Positions 18,724-29,275 of a DNA stretch of 64,000 nucleotides are shown here, piece after piece. A program made the position numbers and the translations under genes. The notes below the pieces were generated by a model. It was not told the origin of the DNA and did no database searches. It saw nothing but the letters and a program-made list of their open reading frames with translations. The first letter of the stretch is position 1, and the number at the start of each line of letters is the position of its first letter. The stretch spans positions 52,478 through 116,477 of the forward strand of contig NZ_DAMCPG010000011.1 in the NCBI RefSeq assembly GCF_032106685.1. Reading direction: 5' to 3'. Source of the DNA: Massilia sp. (GTDB taxonomy: Bacteria; Pseudomonadota; Gammaproteobacteria; Burkholderiales; Burkholderiaceae_D).

Positions 18724-18904
18724 GTGGGGCTGTTGCCTGCCCTGCTAGCGGCTTTCTTGATCCGCGTGGGCTCGAGAGCCCACCCTACGGTCATCGCCAA
18801 CGGCGAGTTCATACGAAACCCGGATACGCAGCGTGTCCTGTAGGGTGGGCACTCGTGCCCACGCGGATTAAGAATACCGATACCGCCACAGGCAACAGCC
18901 CCAC
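18724..18904. mobile_element. 181-bp composite palindromic element, copy A: 16-bp terminal inverted repeats enclosing an inverted pair of REP hairpins
   Basis: The left arm GTGGGGCTGTTGCCTG (18724-18739) is the exact reverse complement of the right arm (18889-18904). The internal REPs lie at 18762-18790 and 18838-18866. By eye, copy A aligns along its whole length with copy B at 44426-44606. Confidence 0.75.
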
Positions 18905-18932
18905 CAACGCCTGCATCCGAATCCCAACCCGC

Positions 18933-19043
18933 AAAAAAAAATGCCCACTCCGGAGAGTGGGCAAAGTCCAAAACTAGGGATGTCCTGAAAGAGACAGTTC
19001 CACTATAGTTCCCGCCCCCCGCGCACTCTGTGCGCCAATTCAC
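18933..19043 (-). ncRNA. candidate small RNA, tandem unit 1, with an intrinsic terminator
   Basis: The minus strand reads ...TATAGTGGAACTGTCTCTTTCAGGACATCCCTAGTTTTGGACTTTGCCCACTCTCCGGAGTGGGCATTTTTTTTT. This is a GC hairpin followed by a T9 run. The roughly 45-nt core is near-identical to unit 2. There is no plausible ORF. Confidence 0.5.
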
Positions 19044-19089
19044 TTTCGTGTGACATTTGTATTAAATGTCGATGGCACGCAATCGCGGC

Positions 19090-19201
19090 AAAAAAAACCC
19101 GCTCCGAAGGGGAGCGGGTGAAGTCCAAAACTAGGGATGTCCTGAAAGAGACGGTTCCACTATAAGGTTCGGCTACCCCGACCTTCTGTGCGATAACTCA
19201 C
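19090..19201 (-). ncRNA. candidate small RNA, tandem unit 2, with an intrinsic terminator
   Basis: The minus strand reads ...TATAGTGGAACCGTCTCTTTCAGGACATCCCTAGTTTTGGACTTCACCCGCTCCCCTTCGGAGCGGGTTTTTTTT. The core matches unit 1, but the terminator stem has a different sequence that is still self-complementary. Confidence 0.5.
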
Positions 19202-19336
19202 ACAAGGCTGGGAAATGTCACATTTCGAACAATTCTTTGTGAAAATCGAGATGAGCAAATGGTCCATGCATAAAAAATGCCGCCACGGCCAGGCCGGGCG
19301 GCATCTTTATGCAGGCAGAATAATCAAGCCACGGCG

Positions 19337-20356
19337 TCAGACCACGGCGCCGTCGGTCTCGTCCTTTGCCTTGACCGGCTTGACCAGGTCTTCGCGCTTG
19401 ACGCCGAACCACATCGCCAGCGCGGCGGCCACGAACACCGACGAATAAATGCCGAAGCAGATACCGATCGTCAGGGCCATCGCGAAGTAGTGCAGCGACG
19501 GGCCGCCGAAGAACAGCATCGACAGCACCATCATCTGGGTCGAGGCGTGGGTGATGATGGTACGCGAGATGGTGCTGGTGATCGCGTGGTCGATGACCTC
19601 GGTCACGCTCATCTTGCGCTGTTTGCGGAAGGTTTCGCGGATCCGGTCGAAGATGACGACCGATTCATTGACCGAATAGCCCAACACCGCCAGGATCGCG
19701 GCCAGCACCGTCAGCGAGAACTCCCACTGGAAGAAGGCGAAGAAGCCCAGGATGATGACGACGTCGTGCAGGTTCGCCAGGATCGCGGCGACCGCGAATT
19801 TCCATTCGAAGCGCACGGCCAGGTAGATCACCACGCCGACCACGACCATGATCAGCGCGTTCAGGCCGCTCTGCGCCAGTTCGTCGCCGACCTGCGGGCC
19901 GACGAAGTCGACGCGCTGCAGGCTCACCACTTCGGCGCCGGCCGCATTCGCGCAGCTGGTGCGCTCGATCTGCTGGCCCTTCTCGGTGACGTTGATCTGT
20001 TTCGGGGTGCCGCCTTCCGAGGCGCAGATCGCCTTGAAGGCTTCGCCCGAGACGGTCGCGCCGGCGGCGGTCTTCACCGGCGGCAGGCGCAGCATGATGT
20101 CCTGGGCGGTGCCGAAGCTGGCCACTTCCGGCGCTTCATGGCCGATCGCGCGCAGCGTGCCGCGGATCTTTTCCTGGTCGGCCGCGTGCGGGTAACGCAG
20201 TTCCATCACGGTGCCGCCGGTGAATTCGACCGAGAAGTGCAGGCCCTTGGTCACCAGGAAGAACACTGCGGCGAGGAAGGTCAGCGCCGAGATCACGTTG
20301 AAGATCAACGCGTGGCGCATGAACGGGATGTCCCGCTTGATTTTGAAAAATTCCAT
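19337..20356 (-). CDS. secF: protein translocase subunit SecF
   Basis: 339 aa. The sequence is SecF-like (FSVEFTGGTVMEL..., C-terminal TM bundle) and the gene follows secD directly. Confidence 0.9.
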   Translation of the reverse strand: MEFFKIKRDIPFMRHALIFNVISALTFLAAVFFLVTKGLHFSVEFTGGTVMELRYPHAADQEKIRGTLRAIGHEAPEVASFGTAQDIMLRLPPVKTAAGATVSGEAFKAICASEGGTPKQINVTEKGQQIERTSCANAAGAEVVSLQRVDFVGPQVGDELAQSGLNALIMVVVGVVIYLAVRFEWKFAVAAILANLHDVVIILGFFAFFQWEFSLTVLAAILAVLGYSVNESVVIFDRIRETFRKQRKMSVTEVIDHAITSTISRTIITHASTQMMVLSMLFFGGPSLHYFAMALTIGICFGIYSSVFVAAALAMWFGVKREDLVKPVKAKDETDGAVV

Positions 20357-20368
20357 GATTCCTAGTCC

Positions 20369-22246
20369 TTAATTCTTTTCAGCGGGCAGGCCCGGCGTCC
20401 AGACGGTGCCGACCGACAGCTTGCTCAGTTTCTTGCCGCGGCGACCGTACCACAGGTTGACGAAGCCGCGCGAGACGAACACCGCCGAGAACATCGAGGT
20501 CAGAATGCCCAGGCTGTGCACGACCGCGAAGCCGCGCACCGCGCCGGTACCGAAGATCAGGAGCGCCAGGCCGACGATCAGGGTGGTCACGTTGGAGTCG
20601 AAAATCGTGTCCCAGGCGTGGCTGAAGCCGTTCGTGATCGCCTGCTGCGGCGTGGCGCCGGCGCGCAGCTCCTCGCGGATGCGCTCGTTGATCAGGACGT
20701 TGGCGTCGATCGCCATGCCGAGCGCGAGCGCGATTGCCGCGATACCCGGCAGGGTCAGCGTTGCCTGCAGCATCGACAGCAGCGCCAGCAGGAACAGCAC
20801 GTTGGCGGCCAGCGCGATGGCGCTGAAGATGCCGAACATGTGGTAGTAGACGATCATGAAGACGGCGATGGCCACGAAGCCCCACAGGGTCGAGTGCAGG
20901 CCGCGGCTGATGTTCTCGGCGCCGAGCTGCGGGCCGACCACGCGCTCCTCGATGAATTCCATCGGCGCCGACAGCGCGCCCGAGCGCAGCAGCAGCGCCA
21001 GTTCGTTCGCTTCCTGGGCGTTGCCGATGCCGGTGATCTGGAAGGTCGAGCCCAGTTCGCTCTGGATGGTCGGGGCCGACGGCACGGTGTACTTGCCCTT
21101 CTCCTTCAGCAGGATGGCCATACGCTTGCCGACGTTTTCACGGGTGACGAGGCGGATCTTGCGGCCGCCGTCGCCGTTCAGGTCGACCGAGACGGCCGGC
21201 TGCTGGTTCTGGTCGAAGCTGGCGACGGCGTTGGTGATGTAGTCGCCGGTCAGGATGATGTCCTTCGACACCACGACCGGGGCGCCGCGGCCTTCGGTGA
21301 ACAGTTCCGAGTTCAGCGGAATCGCGGCCGACAGTTCGGTGCCCGGGGTCACGGTCGGATCGACCAGGCGCAGTTCCAGGGTGGCGGTGCGGCCGATCAG
21401 GTCTTTCGCACGGGCGACGTCCTGCACGCCCGGCAGCTGGACGATGATGCGGTCGGCGCCCTGGCGCTGGATGACCGGCTCGGTCACGCCGAGTTCGTTG
21501 ATACGCTTGGACAGGGTCGAGATGTTCTGGTTGACGCCTTCCTCGACGATGCGCTTGAGCGCGTCGGCCTTCATGGTGGCGACCAGCTTCAGGTCGGTGC
21601 CGTCGGCAGCATCGGCCAGGGCCAGGTCGGCCATCTGCTTGGCCAGCACGGTGCGGGCGGCGGCGCGGGTCTGTTCGTCGCGGAAGCTGATCTCGATCGC
21701 GTTGCCGCTGCGCTCGATGCCGGCGTGGCGCACGTTGGCGTCGCGCAGGACGCTGCGCACGCTGGCCAGGGTGCCCTTCAGGCGCGTTTCGAGCACGGCT
21801 TTCGAGTCGACTTGCAGCAGGAAGTGGACGCCGCCGCGCAGGTCGAGGCCGAGGTTCATCGGCAGCGCGCGCATGGCCTGCATCCAGGCGGGGGTATTCT
21901 TCACCAGGTTGACGGTGACGATGTAGTCGGGGTCGGCCTGGTCGCGGTTCAGCTGGCGCTCGAGCGCGAGCTTGGCCTTGAACTGGGCATCGGTGGTATC
22001 GAAGCGGGCACGCACGGCGGTCGAGTTACCCGAGCCGTCGAGCGTGACCTGGTTGGCCGGAACACCCTCGCGTTTCAGCACTTCCGCGACCTGGGCCGTG
22101 GTGTCGCTGTTGATCTTGACCGTGGTTTTGCCGGTCGTCACTTGCAGCGCCGGCGATTCGCCGAAGTAGTTGGGCGCCGTGTACAGCGCGCCAAGCAGGA
22201 GCGCGACAGCGATCAGTATATATTTCCAGAGCGGATAGCGATTCAT
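20369..22246 (-). CDS. secD: protein translocase subunit SecD
   Basis: 625 aa. It begins MNRYPLWKYILIAVALLLGALYTAPN and contains LGLDLRGGVHFLLQVD, both typical of SecD. Confidence 0.9.
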   Translation of the reverse strand: MNRYPLWKYILIAVALLLGALYTAPNYFGESPALQVTTGKTTVKINSDTTAQVAEVLKREGVPANQVTLDGSGNSTAVRARFDTTDAQFKAKLALERQLNRDQADPDYIVTVNLVKNTPAWMQAMRALPMNLGLDLRGGVHFLLQVDSKAVLETRLKGTLASVRSVLRDANVRHAGIERSGNAIEISFRDEQTRAAARTVLAKQMADLALADAADGTDLKLVATMKADALKRIVEEGVNQNISTLSKRINELGVTEPVIQRQGADRIIVQLPGVQDVARAKDLIGRTATLELRLVDPTVTPGTELSAAIPLNSELFTEGRGAPVVVSKDIILTGDYITNAVASFDQNQQPAVSVDLNGDGGRKIRLVTRENVGKRMAILLKEKGKYTVPSAPTIQSELGSTFQITGIGNAQEANELALLLRSGALSAPMEFIEERVVGPQLGAENISRGLHSTLWGFVAIAVFMIVYYHMFGIFSAIALAANVLFLLALLSMLQATLTLPGIAAIALALGMAIDANVLINERIREELRAGATPQQAITNGFSHAWDTIFDSNVTTLIVGLALLIFGTGAVRGFAVVHSLGILTSMFSAVFVSRGFVNLWYGRRGKKLSKLSVGTVWTPGLPAEKN

Positions 22247-22304
22247 AGTGTTCCAGCGTTCTATGTTGAGCGGCGCGCGGCCCTGGGCGGGCCGCGGCGC
22301 CGGC

Positions 22305-22637
22305 TTACAGGGACTTCAGGGTGCCCTTCGGCAGCAGCGTGGTGACTGCGTTCTTCTGCACGACCATTTCGGTGCCGGCAGCCACTTCCAGGGTGACGTA
22401 GGCGTCCTTGACCTGCACGACGCGGCCCAGGATGCCGCCGGCGGTGACCACTTCATCGCCCTTCGCGAGCGCATCCATCATGGCTTTCAATTCTTTCTGG
22501 CGCTTCTGCTGGGGGCGGATCATCAGGAAATACATGACCACGAACATGATCAGCAGCGGCGCGAAGGTCGTCAGGTTGCCCATCAGGCCAGGATCGGCGG
22601 CGGCGGTGGTTTGCGCGTAAGCGTTGGAAATGAACAC
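22305..22637 (-). CDS. yajC: preprotein translocase subunit YajC
   Basis: A GTG start at 22637 is preceded by GGAG with a 5-nt spacer. The 110-aa product contains LIMFVVMYFLMIRPQQKRQKE...GDEVVTAGGILGRV, the YajC hallmark. The track ORF is over-extended to 22802. Confidence 0.8.
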   Translation of the reverse strand: MFISNAYAQTTAAADPGLMGNLTTFAPLLIMFVVMYFLMIRPQQKRQKELKAMMDALAKGDEVVTAGGILGRVVQVKDAYVTLEVAAGTEMVVQKNAVTTLLPKGTLKSL

Positions 22638-22760
22638 AAGGACTCCGATTATGAGATAAAAAAAACAGCGCTGTATTCTAGCACCGGCGAACTGCCAGCG
22701 GCCATTCCGCCGCATCTGGGGGTGGGTGCAAAAAATGCAAGTAGGAAATGGTAACGTTTT

Positions 22761-22910
22761 TGTAGGGTGGGTACTTGTACCCACGCGGCCATGCCCATGC
22801 ACACCGCATCGGGCGAGCTTGCCCGAAATAGCCGATCACATGTTTTGGCTGAGCTTAAATGTGCGATTGTTCAGGAGGGGTACCGCGTGGGCTCAAGAGC
22901 CCACCCTACA
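22761..22910. repeat. REP doublet (22761-22788 and 22883-22910, inverted relative to each other)
   Basis: The units read TGTAGGGTGGGTACTTGTACCCACGCGG and CCGCGTGGGCTCAAGAGCCCACCCTACA. Confidence 0.85.
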
Positions 22911-23092
22911 AAATCCTTGGCCAGCACGAAAGTGACCGCTTACACACCATTCAAAACGAGTACGGTCTCAGCAGGAATTGTCCGGCGGGAGTATGATCCG
23001 CCCCCTTCACCGATCAATCCCGATTACTTGCCCTGTGCAGCCCCCTCCGGCCGCACCGGGCCCGTTTTACCCTTGCAAAAAGAAACACACGA

Positions 23093-24193
23093 ATGTCAGC
23101 ACTGTTTAGCCCCTTCTCCCTCAAGGACGTCACCCTGCGCAACCGCATCGCGGTGCCGCCGATGTGCCAGTACAGCGCCACCGACGGCCATACCAGCGAC
23201 TGGCACACCACCCACTACGAAAGCATCGCCCGCGGCGGCGCCGGCCTGGTGATTGTCGAAGCGACCGGCGTCTCGCCGGAAGGCCGCATCACCCCGGGCT
23301 GCCTGGGCCTGTGGTCCGACGCGCACGTGCCGGGCCTGGCGCGCATCGCCGCCGGGATCAAGGCCGGCGGCGCCGTCGCCGGCATCCAGATCGGCCACGC
23401 CGGCCGCAAGGCCAGCGCCCAGCGCCCCTGGGAAGGCGACGACCACATCCCGGCCGGCGACCCGCGCGGCTGGGACACCATCTCGCCGTCCGCCGCCGCC
23501 TTCGGCGCCAACCTGCCGCAGGTGCCGAAAGCGATGACCATCGCCGACATCGAGCGCGTCAAGGCCGACTTCGTCGCCGCCGCCCGCCGCGCCCTGGAGG
23601 CCGGCTTCGAATGGCTGGAGCTGCACTTCGCGCACGGCTACCTCGGCCAGAGCTTCTTCTCGGTCCACGCCAACCAGCGTACCGACGAATACGGCGGCGA
23701 CCTCGCCGGCCGCAGCCGCTTCCTGCTCGAGACCCTGGCGGCGGTCCGTGAAGTCTGGCCCGAGCGCTTTCCGCTGACGGCGCGCTTCGGCGTGATCGAG
23801 TTCGACGGCCGCGACGAAGAGACGCTGGCGGAGTCGATCGAACTGGCGCGCCAGTTCCGCGCCGGCGGCCTGGACCTGTTGAACGTGAGCGTCGGCTTCT
23901 CGACCCCGGACGCGAACATTCCCTGGGCCTCGGGCTTCCTTGCGCCGATCGCCGAACGCGTGAAACGCGAAGCCGGCCTGCCGGTGGCCTCGTCGTGGAA
24001 CATCGACTCGCCGGCGGTCGCCAACCGCGTGGTGGCGGACGGCCAGATGGACCTGGTCATGATCGGCCGGGCACACCTGGGCAATCCGCATTACCCGTAT
24101 GCGGCGGCCAAGGCGCTGGGTCTCGATAAACCGTCGTGGACGCTGCCGGCGCCGTATGCGCACTGGCTGGAGCGTTATCGCGCGGCTGAATAA
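23093..24193 (+). CDS. NADH:flavin oxidoreductase, Old Yellow Enzyme family (YqjM/NamA-like)
   Basis: 366 aa. It begins MSALFSPFSLKDVTLRNRIAVPPMCQYSA...HY...GGAGLVIVEATGVSPEGRI, a typical OYE N-terminus. Confidence 0.85.
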   Translation: MSALFSPFSLKDVTLRNRIAVPPMCQYSATDGHTSDWHTTHYESIARGGAGLVIVEATGVSPEGRITPGCLGLWSDAHVPGLARIAAGIKAGGAVAGIQIGHAGRKASAQRPWEGDDHIPAGDPRGWDTISPSAAAFGANLPQVPKAMTIADIERVKADFVAAARRALEAGFEWLELHFAHGYLGQSFFSVHANQRTDEYGGDLAGRSRFLLETLAAVREVWPERFPLTARFGVIEFDGRDEETLAESIELARQFRAGGLDLLNVSVGFSTPDANIPWASGFLAPIAERVKREAGLPVASSWNIDSPAVANRVVADGQMDLVMIGRAHLGNPHYPYAAAKALGLDKPSWTLPAPYAHWLERYRAAE

Positions 24194-24198
24194 AAACA

Positions 24199-24226
24199 AA
24201 GCGGCGCCGAGGCGCCGCTTTTTATT
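24199..24226 (+). terminator. intrinsic terminator after the OYE gene (possibly bidirectional)
   Basis: The sequence is AAGCGGCG-CCGAGG-CGCCGCTTTTTATT. It is preceded by an A-rich run (AAAAACAAA). Confidence 0.65.
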
Positions 24227-24260
24227 GGGGTTCTGCTTTCTGTCGGGATCGCGAACGTAG

Positions 24261-24358
24261 GTTGAACGCGTGGACGGGAGACCCGTCCACCCTACGGGTA
24301 TCGATACGTAAGCCGAAGGAACGTAGGGTGGACGGCTCCGCCGTCCACGCGTTCAACC
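24261..24358. repeat. REP doublet forming an extended palindrome (units 24265-24297 and 24321-24353)
   Basis: GTTGAACGCGTGGACGGGAGACCCGTCCACCCTACGG is mirrored by ACGTAGGGTGGACGGCTCCGCCGTCCACGCGTTCAAC. Confidence 0.85.
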
Positions 24359-24381
24359 AGCCCCGGAAAAGCCGCGACAGC

Positions 24382-26552
<2,171 letters not shown>

Positions 26553-26658
26553 TCTGGTCAATTCTGGGAAAATGGGGGCTGGCAGCTTTACAATAGAGGC
26601 TGCAGCGCGTGCGGCGAACCCTCTATTTTACGCTGATGCACGCCAACCTGCCGCATCT

Positions 26659-28719
26659 ATGCCCGCTTCCAAGACCACTTCCGCCCCGAAAACCACAGAA
26701 AGCAAGCTCGCCAAGCTCGGCCTGCGCAGCGACATGGACCTGGTCCTGCACCTGCCGATGCGCTACGAGGACGAGACCAAGATCGTGCCGATCCGCGAGG
26801 CCTGCCTGCGCGGCGGCCATGTGTCGCAGGTCGAGGGCGTGGTCACCAAGAACGAGATCGCCCTGAAACCGCGGCGCCAGCTGCTGGTCACGATCGCCGA
26901 CGAGAGCGGCGACATCCTGCTGCGCTTCATGAATTTCTACGGCAGCCAGGTCAAGCAATTGGCCGAAGGCGTGCGCGTGCGCGCCCGCACCGAGGTCAAG
27001 CACGGCTTCTTCGGCGCCGAGATGGTCCATCCGACCTATAAGGTGGTCAACGAGGGCGCGCCGCTGCCGACTTCGCTCACGCCGGTCTACCCGTCGGGCG
27101 AGGGCTTGTCGCAGCCGATCCTGCGGCGCGCGATCGCGCAGGCGATGCAGCGCGTGGACTGGGTCGACACCGTGCCGCCGGGCGTGCGCCGCAAGCTGGG
27201 CCTGGTCGACTTCGAGCCGGCCGTCAAACTCCTGCACTATCCGCCGAAGGACGCCGACGAATACGCGCTGATGGACAAGTCGCACCCGGCCTGGACGCGC
27301 GTGAAGTTCGACGAGCTGCTGGCGCAGCAGCTCTCGCTGAAGCGGGCCCAGCGCGCACGGCGCGACAAGGGCGCACCGACCCTGCGCGCCGTCGGTGCAT
27401 TGTCCAAGGCCTTCTTGCGCGCCCTGCCCTTCGAGCTCACCAATGCCCAGCAGCGCGTGGTGGAGGAAATCCGCGCCGACCTGCGCGAGGGTTACCCGAT
27501 GCAGCGCCTGCTGCAGGGCGACGTCGGCAGCGGCAAGACGGTGGTGGCCGCGCTGGCGGCGGCGCAGGCGATCGACAGCGGCTACCAGGCCGCGCTGATG
27601 GCGCCGACCGAGATTTTGGCCGAGCAGCATTTCAGGAAGATCGCCGCCTGGATGGAGCCGCTCGGCGTGAAGGTCGCCTGGCTCACCGGCAGCCTCAAGA
27701 AAAAGGAAAAGACGGCCGCCAGCGAAATGGCCGAGTCGGGCGAGGCGCACCTCGTGATCGGCACCCACGCCCTGATCCAGGATTCGGTGCAGTTCGCGAA
27801 ACTCGGCCTGGTGCTGGTCGACGAGCAGCACCGCTTCGGCGTCGGCCAGCGCCTCACGCTGCGCAACAAGGGCAGCGACGGCCTGGTGCCGCACCAGTTG
27901 ATGATGTCGGCCACGCCGATCCCGCGCACACTGGCCATGACGTATTACGCCGACCTGGAAGTGTCGGTGATCGACGAGCTGCCGCCGGGCCGCACGCCGA
28001 TCGTCACGCGCGCCATCGACCAGAACCGGCGCGATGAAGTCATCGAGCGCGTGCATGCGGCCGCGCTCGAAGGGCGCCAGGTCTACTGGGTGTGTCCGCT
28101 GATCGAGGAATCCGAGGCCCTGCAGTTGCAGACGGCCACCGAGACCTACGAGACCCTGGCCGAGGCCCTGCCCGACCTGCAGGTCGGCCTGGTGCACGGA
28201 CGCCTGAAGCCGGCCGAAAAACAGGTGATCATGGACGCCTTTGCCGCTGGCGAGGTGCACGTGCTGGTCGCGACCACCGTCATCGAGGTAGGCGTGGACG
28301 TGCCGAACGCTTCGCTGATGGTGATCGAACACGCCGAACGTTTCGGTTTATCGCAGCTGCACCAGCTGCGCGGACGGGTCGGGCGCGGTTCGGCGGCCAG
28401 CGTCTGCCTGCTGCTGTACCAAAGCCCGCTCGGCCAGGTGGCCAAGCAGCGTTTGATGACGATGCGCGAGACCACCGACGGCTTCGAGATCGCGCGGCGC
28501 GACCTGGAGATCCGCGGCCCCGGCGAATTTTTGGGTGCGCGCCAGTCGGGGCAGGCGATGCTGCGCTTTGCGGACCTGGAGACCGACCAGTGGCTGGTGG
28601 AAGACGCGCGCGACGTGGCGGCGGCGCTGCTGGAGCGGGACAGTCCGGAGGCGATTGCCATCGTCGATGCGCACCTGGCGCGCTGGCTGGGTGGGCGCGA
28701 GGAATTCTTGAAGGTGTGA
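26659..28719 (+). CDS. recG: ATP-dependent DNA helicase RecG
   Basis: A 686-aa product from the ATG at 26659. It has a wedge domain followed by SF2 helicase motifs (LLQGDVGSGKTVVA, LVLVDEQHRFGV, MSATPIPRTL, QLHQLRGRVGRG). The track ORF is over-extended upstream into queA antisense. Confidence 0.9.
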   Translation: MPASKTTSAPKTTESKLAKLGLRSDMDLVLHLPMRYEDETKIVPIREACLRGGHVSQVEGVVTKNEIALKPRRQLLVTIADESGDILLRFMNFYGSQVKQLAEGVRVRARTEVKHGFFGAEMVHPTYKVVNEGAPLPTSLTPVYPSGEGLSQPILRRAIAQAMQRVDWVDTVPPGVRRKLGLVDFEPAVKLLHYPPKDADEYALMDKSHPAWTRVKFDELLAQQLSLKRAQRARRDKGAPTLRAVGALSKAFLRALPFELTNAQQRVVEEIRADLREGYPMQRLLQGDVGSGKTVVAALAAAQAIDSGYQAALMAPTEILAEQHFRKIAAWMEPLGVKVAWLTGSLKKKEKTAASEMAESGEAHLVIGTHALIQDSVQFAKLGLVLVDEQHRFGVGQRLTLRNKGSDGLVPHQLMMSATPIPRTLAMTYYADLEVSVIDELPPGRTPIVTRAIDQNRRDEVIERVHAAALEGRQVYWVCPLIEESEALQLQTATETYETLAEALPDLQVGLVHGRLKPAEKQVIMDAFAAGEVHVLVATTVIEVGVDVPNASLMVIEHAERFGLSQLHQLRGRVGRGSAASVCLLLYQSPLGQVAKQRLMTMRETTDGFEIARRDLEIRGPGEFLGARQSGQAMLRFADLETDQWLVEDARDVAAALLERDSPEAIAIVDAHLARWLGGREEFLKV

Positions 28720-28743
28720 GCGGCGCGCTGGCGTTCTGCGCTA

Positions 28744-29240
28744 TTACGCGCAGTTCGTAGGGTGGACTCCCGAGTCCACGCTGTGCATCGGTTGAGTAAC
28801 CGTACATATCATGAATACCGATGCGCTCTGATCGAACGCCGTACCGCGTGGACACAGGTGCCTTGCGCGGCCCGGTCCACCCTACGAAACCCGGCTCTTG
28901 CGGACGCAATCTCTGATCGAACGCCGTACCGCGTGGGTTCGAGAACCCACCCTACAGGACTGTGCTGTTACGCGCAGTTCGTAGGGTGGACTCCCGAGTC
29001 CACGCTGTGCATCGGTTGAGCAACCGTACACATCATGAATACCGATGAGCGCTGATCGAACGCCGTACCGCGTGGACACAGGTGCCTTACGCGGCCCGGT
29101 CCACCCTACGAAACTCGGCTCTTGCGGACCGATCTCTGATCGAACACCGTACAGCGTGGGTTCGAGAACCCACCCTACCGATCATCGGGTTTCGTAGGGT
29201 GGGTTCTTGAACCCACGCCGTACACATCATGAATACCGTT
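28744..29240. repeat. REP array: a 224-bp block (3 REP units) tandemly duplicated, plus one further partial unit. Units lie at 28756-28781, 28839-28886, 28924-28955, 28980-29005, 29063-29110, 29147-29178 and 29192-29218.
   Basis: Unit-to-unit offsets are 224, 224 and 223 nt, read directly. The array lies between the convergent ends of recG and the VOC gene. Confidence 0.85.
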
Positions 29241-29275
29241 AAGCTGACCGCGCTGCGCCGCTCACGGAAGCCCCC

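Noticed and set aside
19018-19040. A sigma-54-like TGGCGC-N5-GTGC motif upstream of sRNA unit 1 (minus strand).
   Set aside because: The same bases form a perfect hairpin (GCGCAC-AGA-GTGCGC). The equivalent position in unit 2 reads TATCGC...GGTC and lacks the GG/GC dinucleotides, so the resemblance is probably fortuitous.
22638-22802. N-terminal extensions in the ORF track: yajC to 22802, recG from 26179, the DMT gene to 17175, the TonB receptor to 37631, the Gfo/Idh/MocA gene to 31388, the histidine kinase from 47770 and PagL from 62227.
   Set aside because: The extensions run through upstream genes, REPs or promoter regions and lack homology. Internal starts with Shine-Dalgarno sequences or signal peptides give family-typical N-termini.
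28744-29240. The regularly spaced repeats suggested a possible CRISPR array.
   Set aside because: The repeats are hairpin REPs in both orientations with unequal spacing. The apparent spacers are themselves duplicated as a 224-bp block. No cas genes or leader are nearby.
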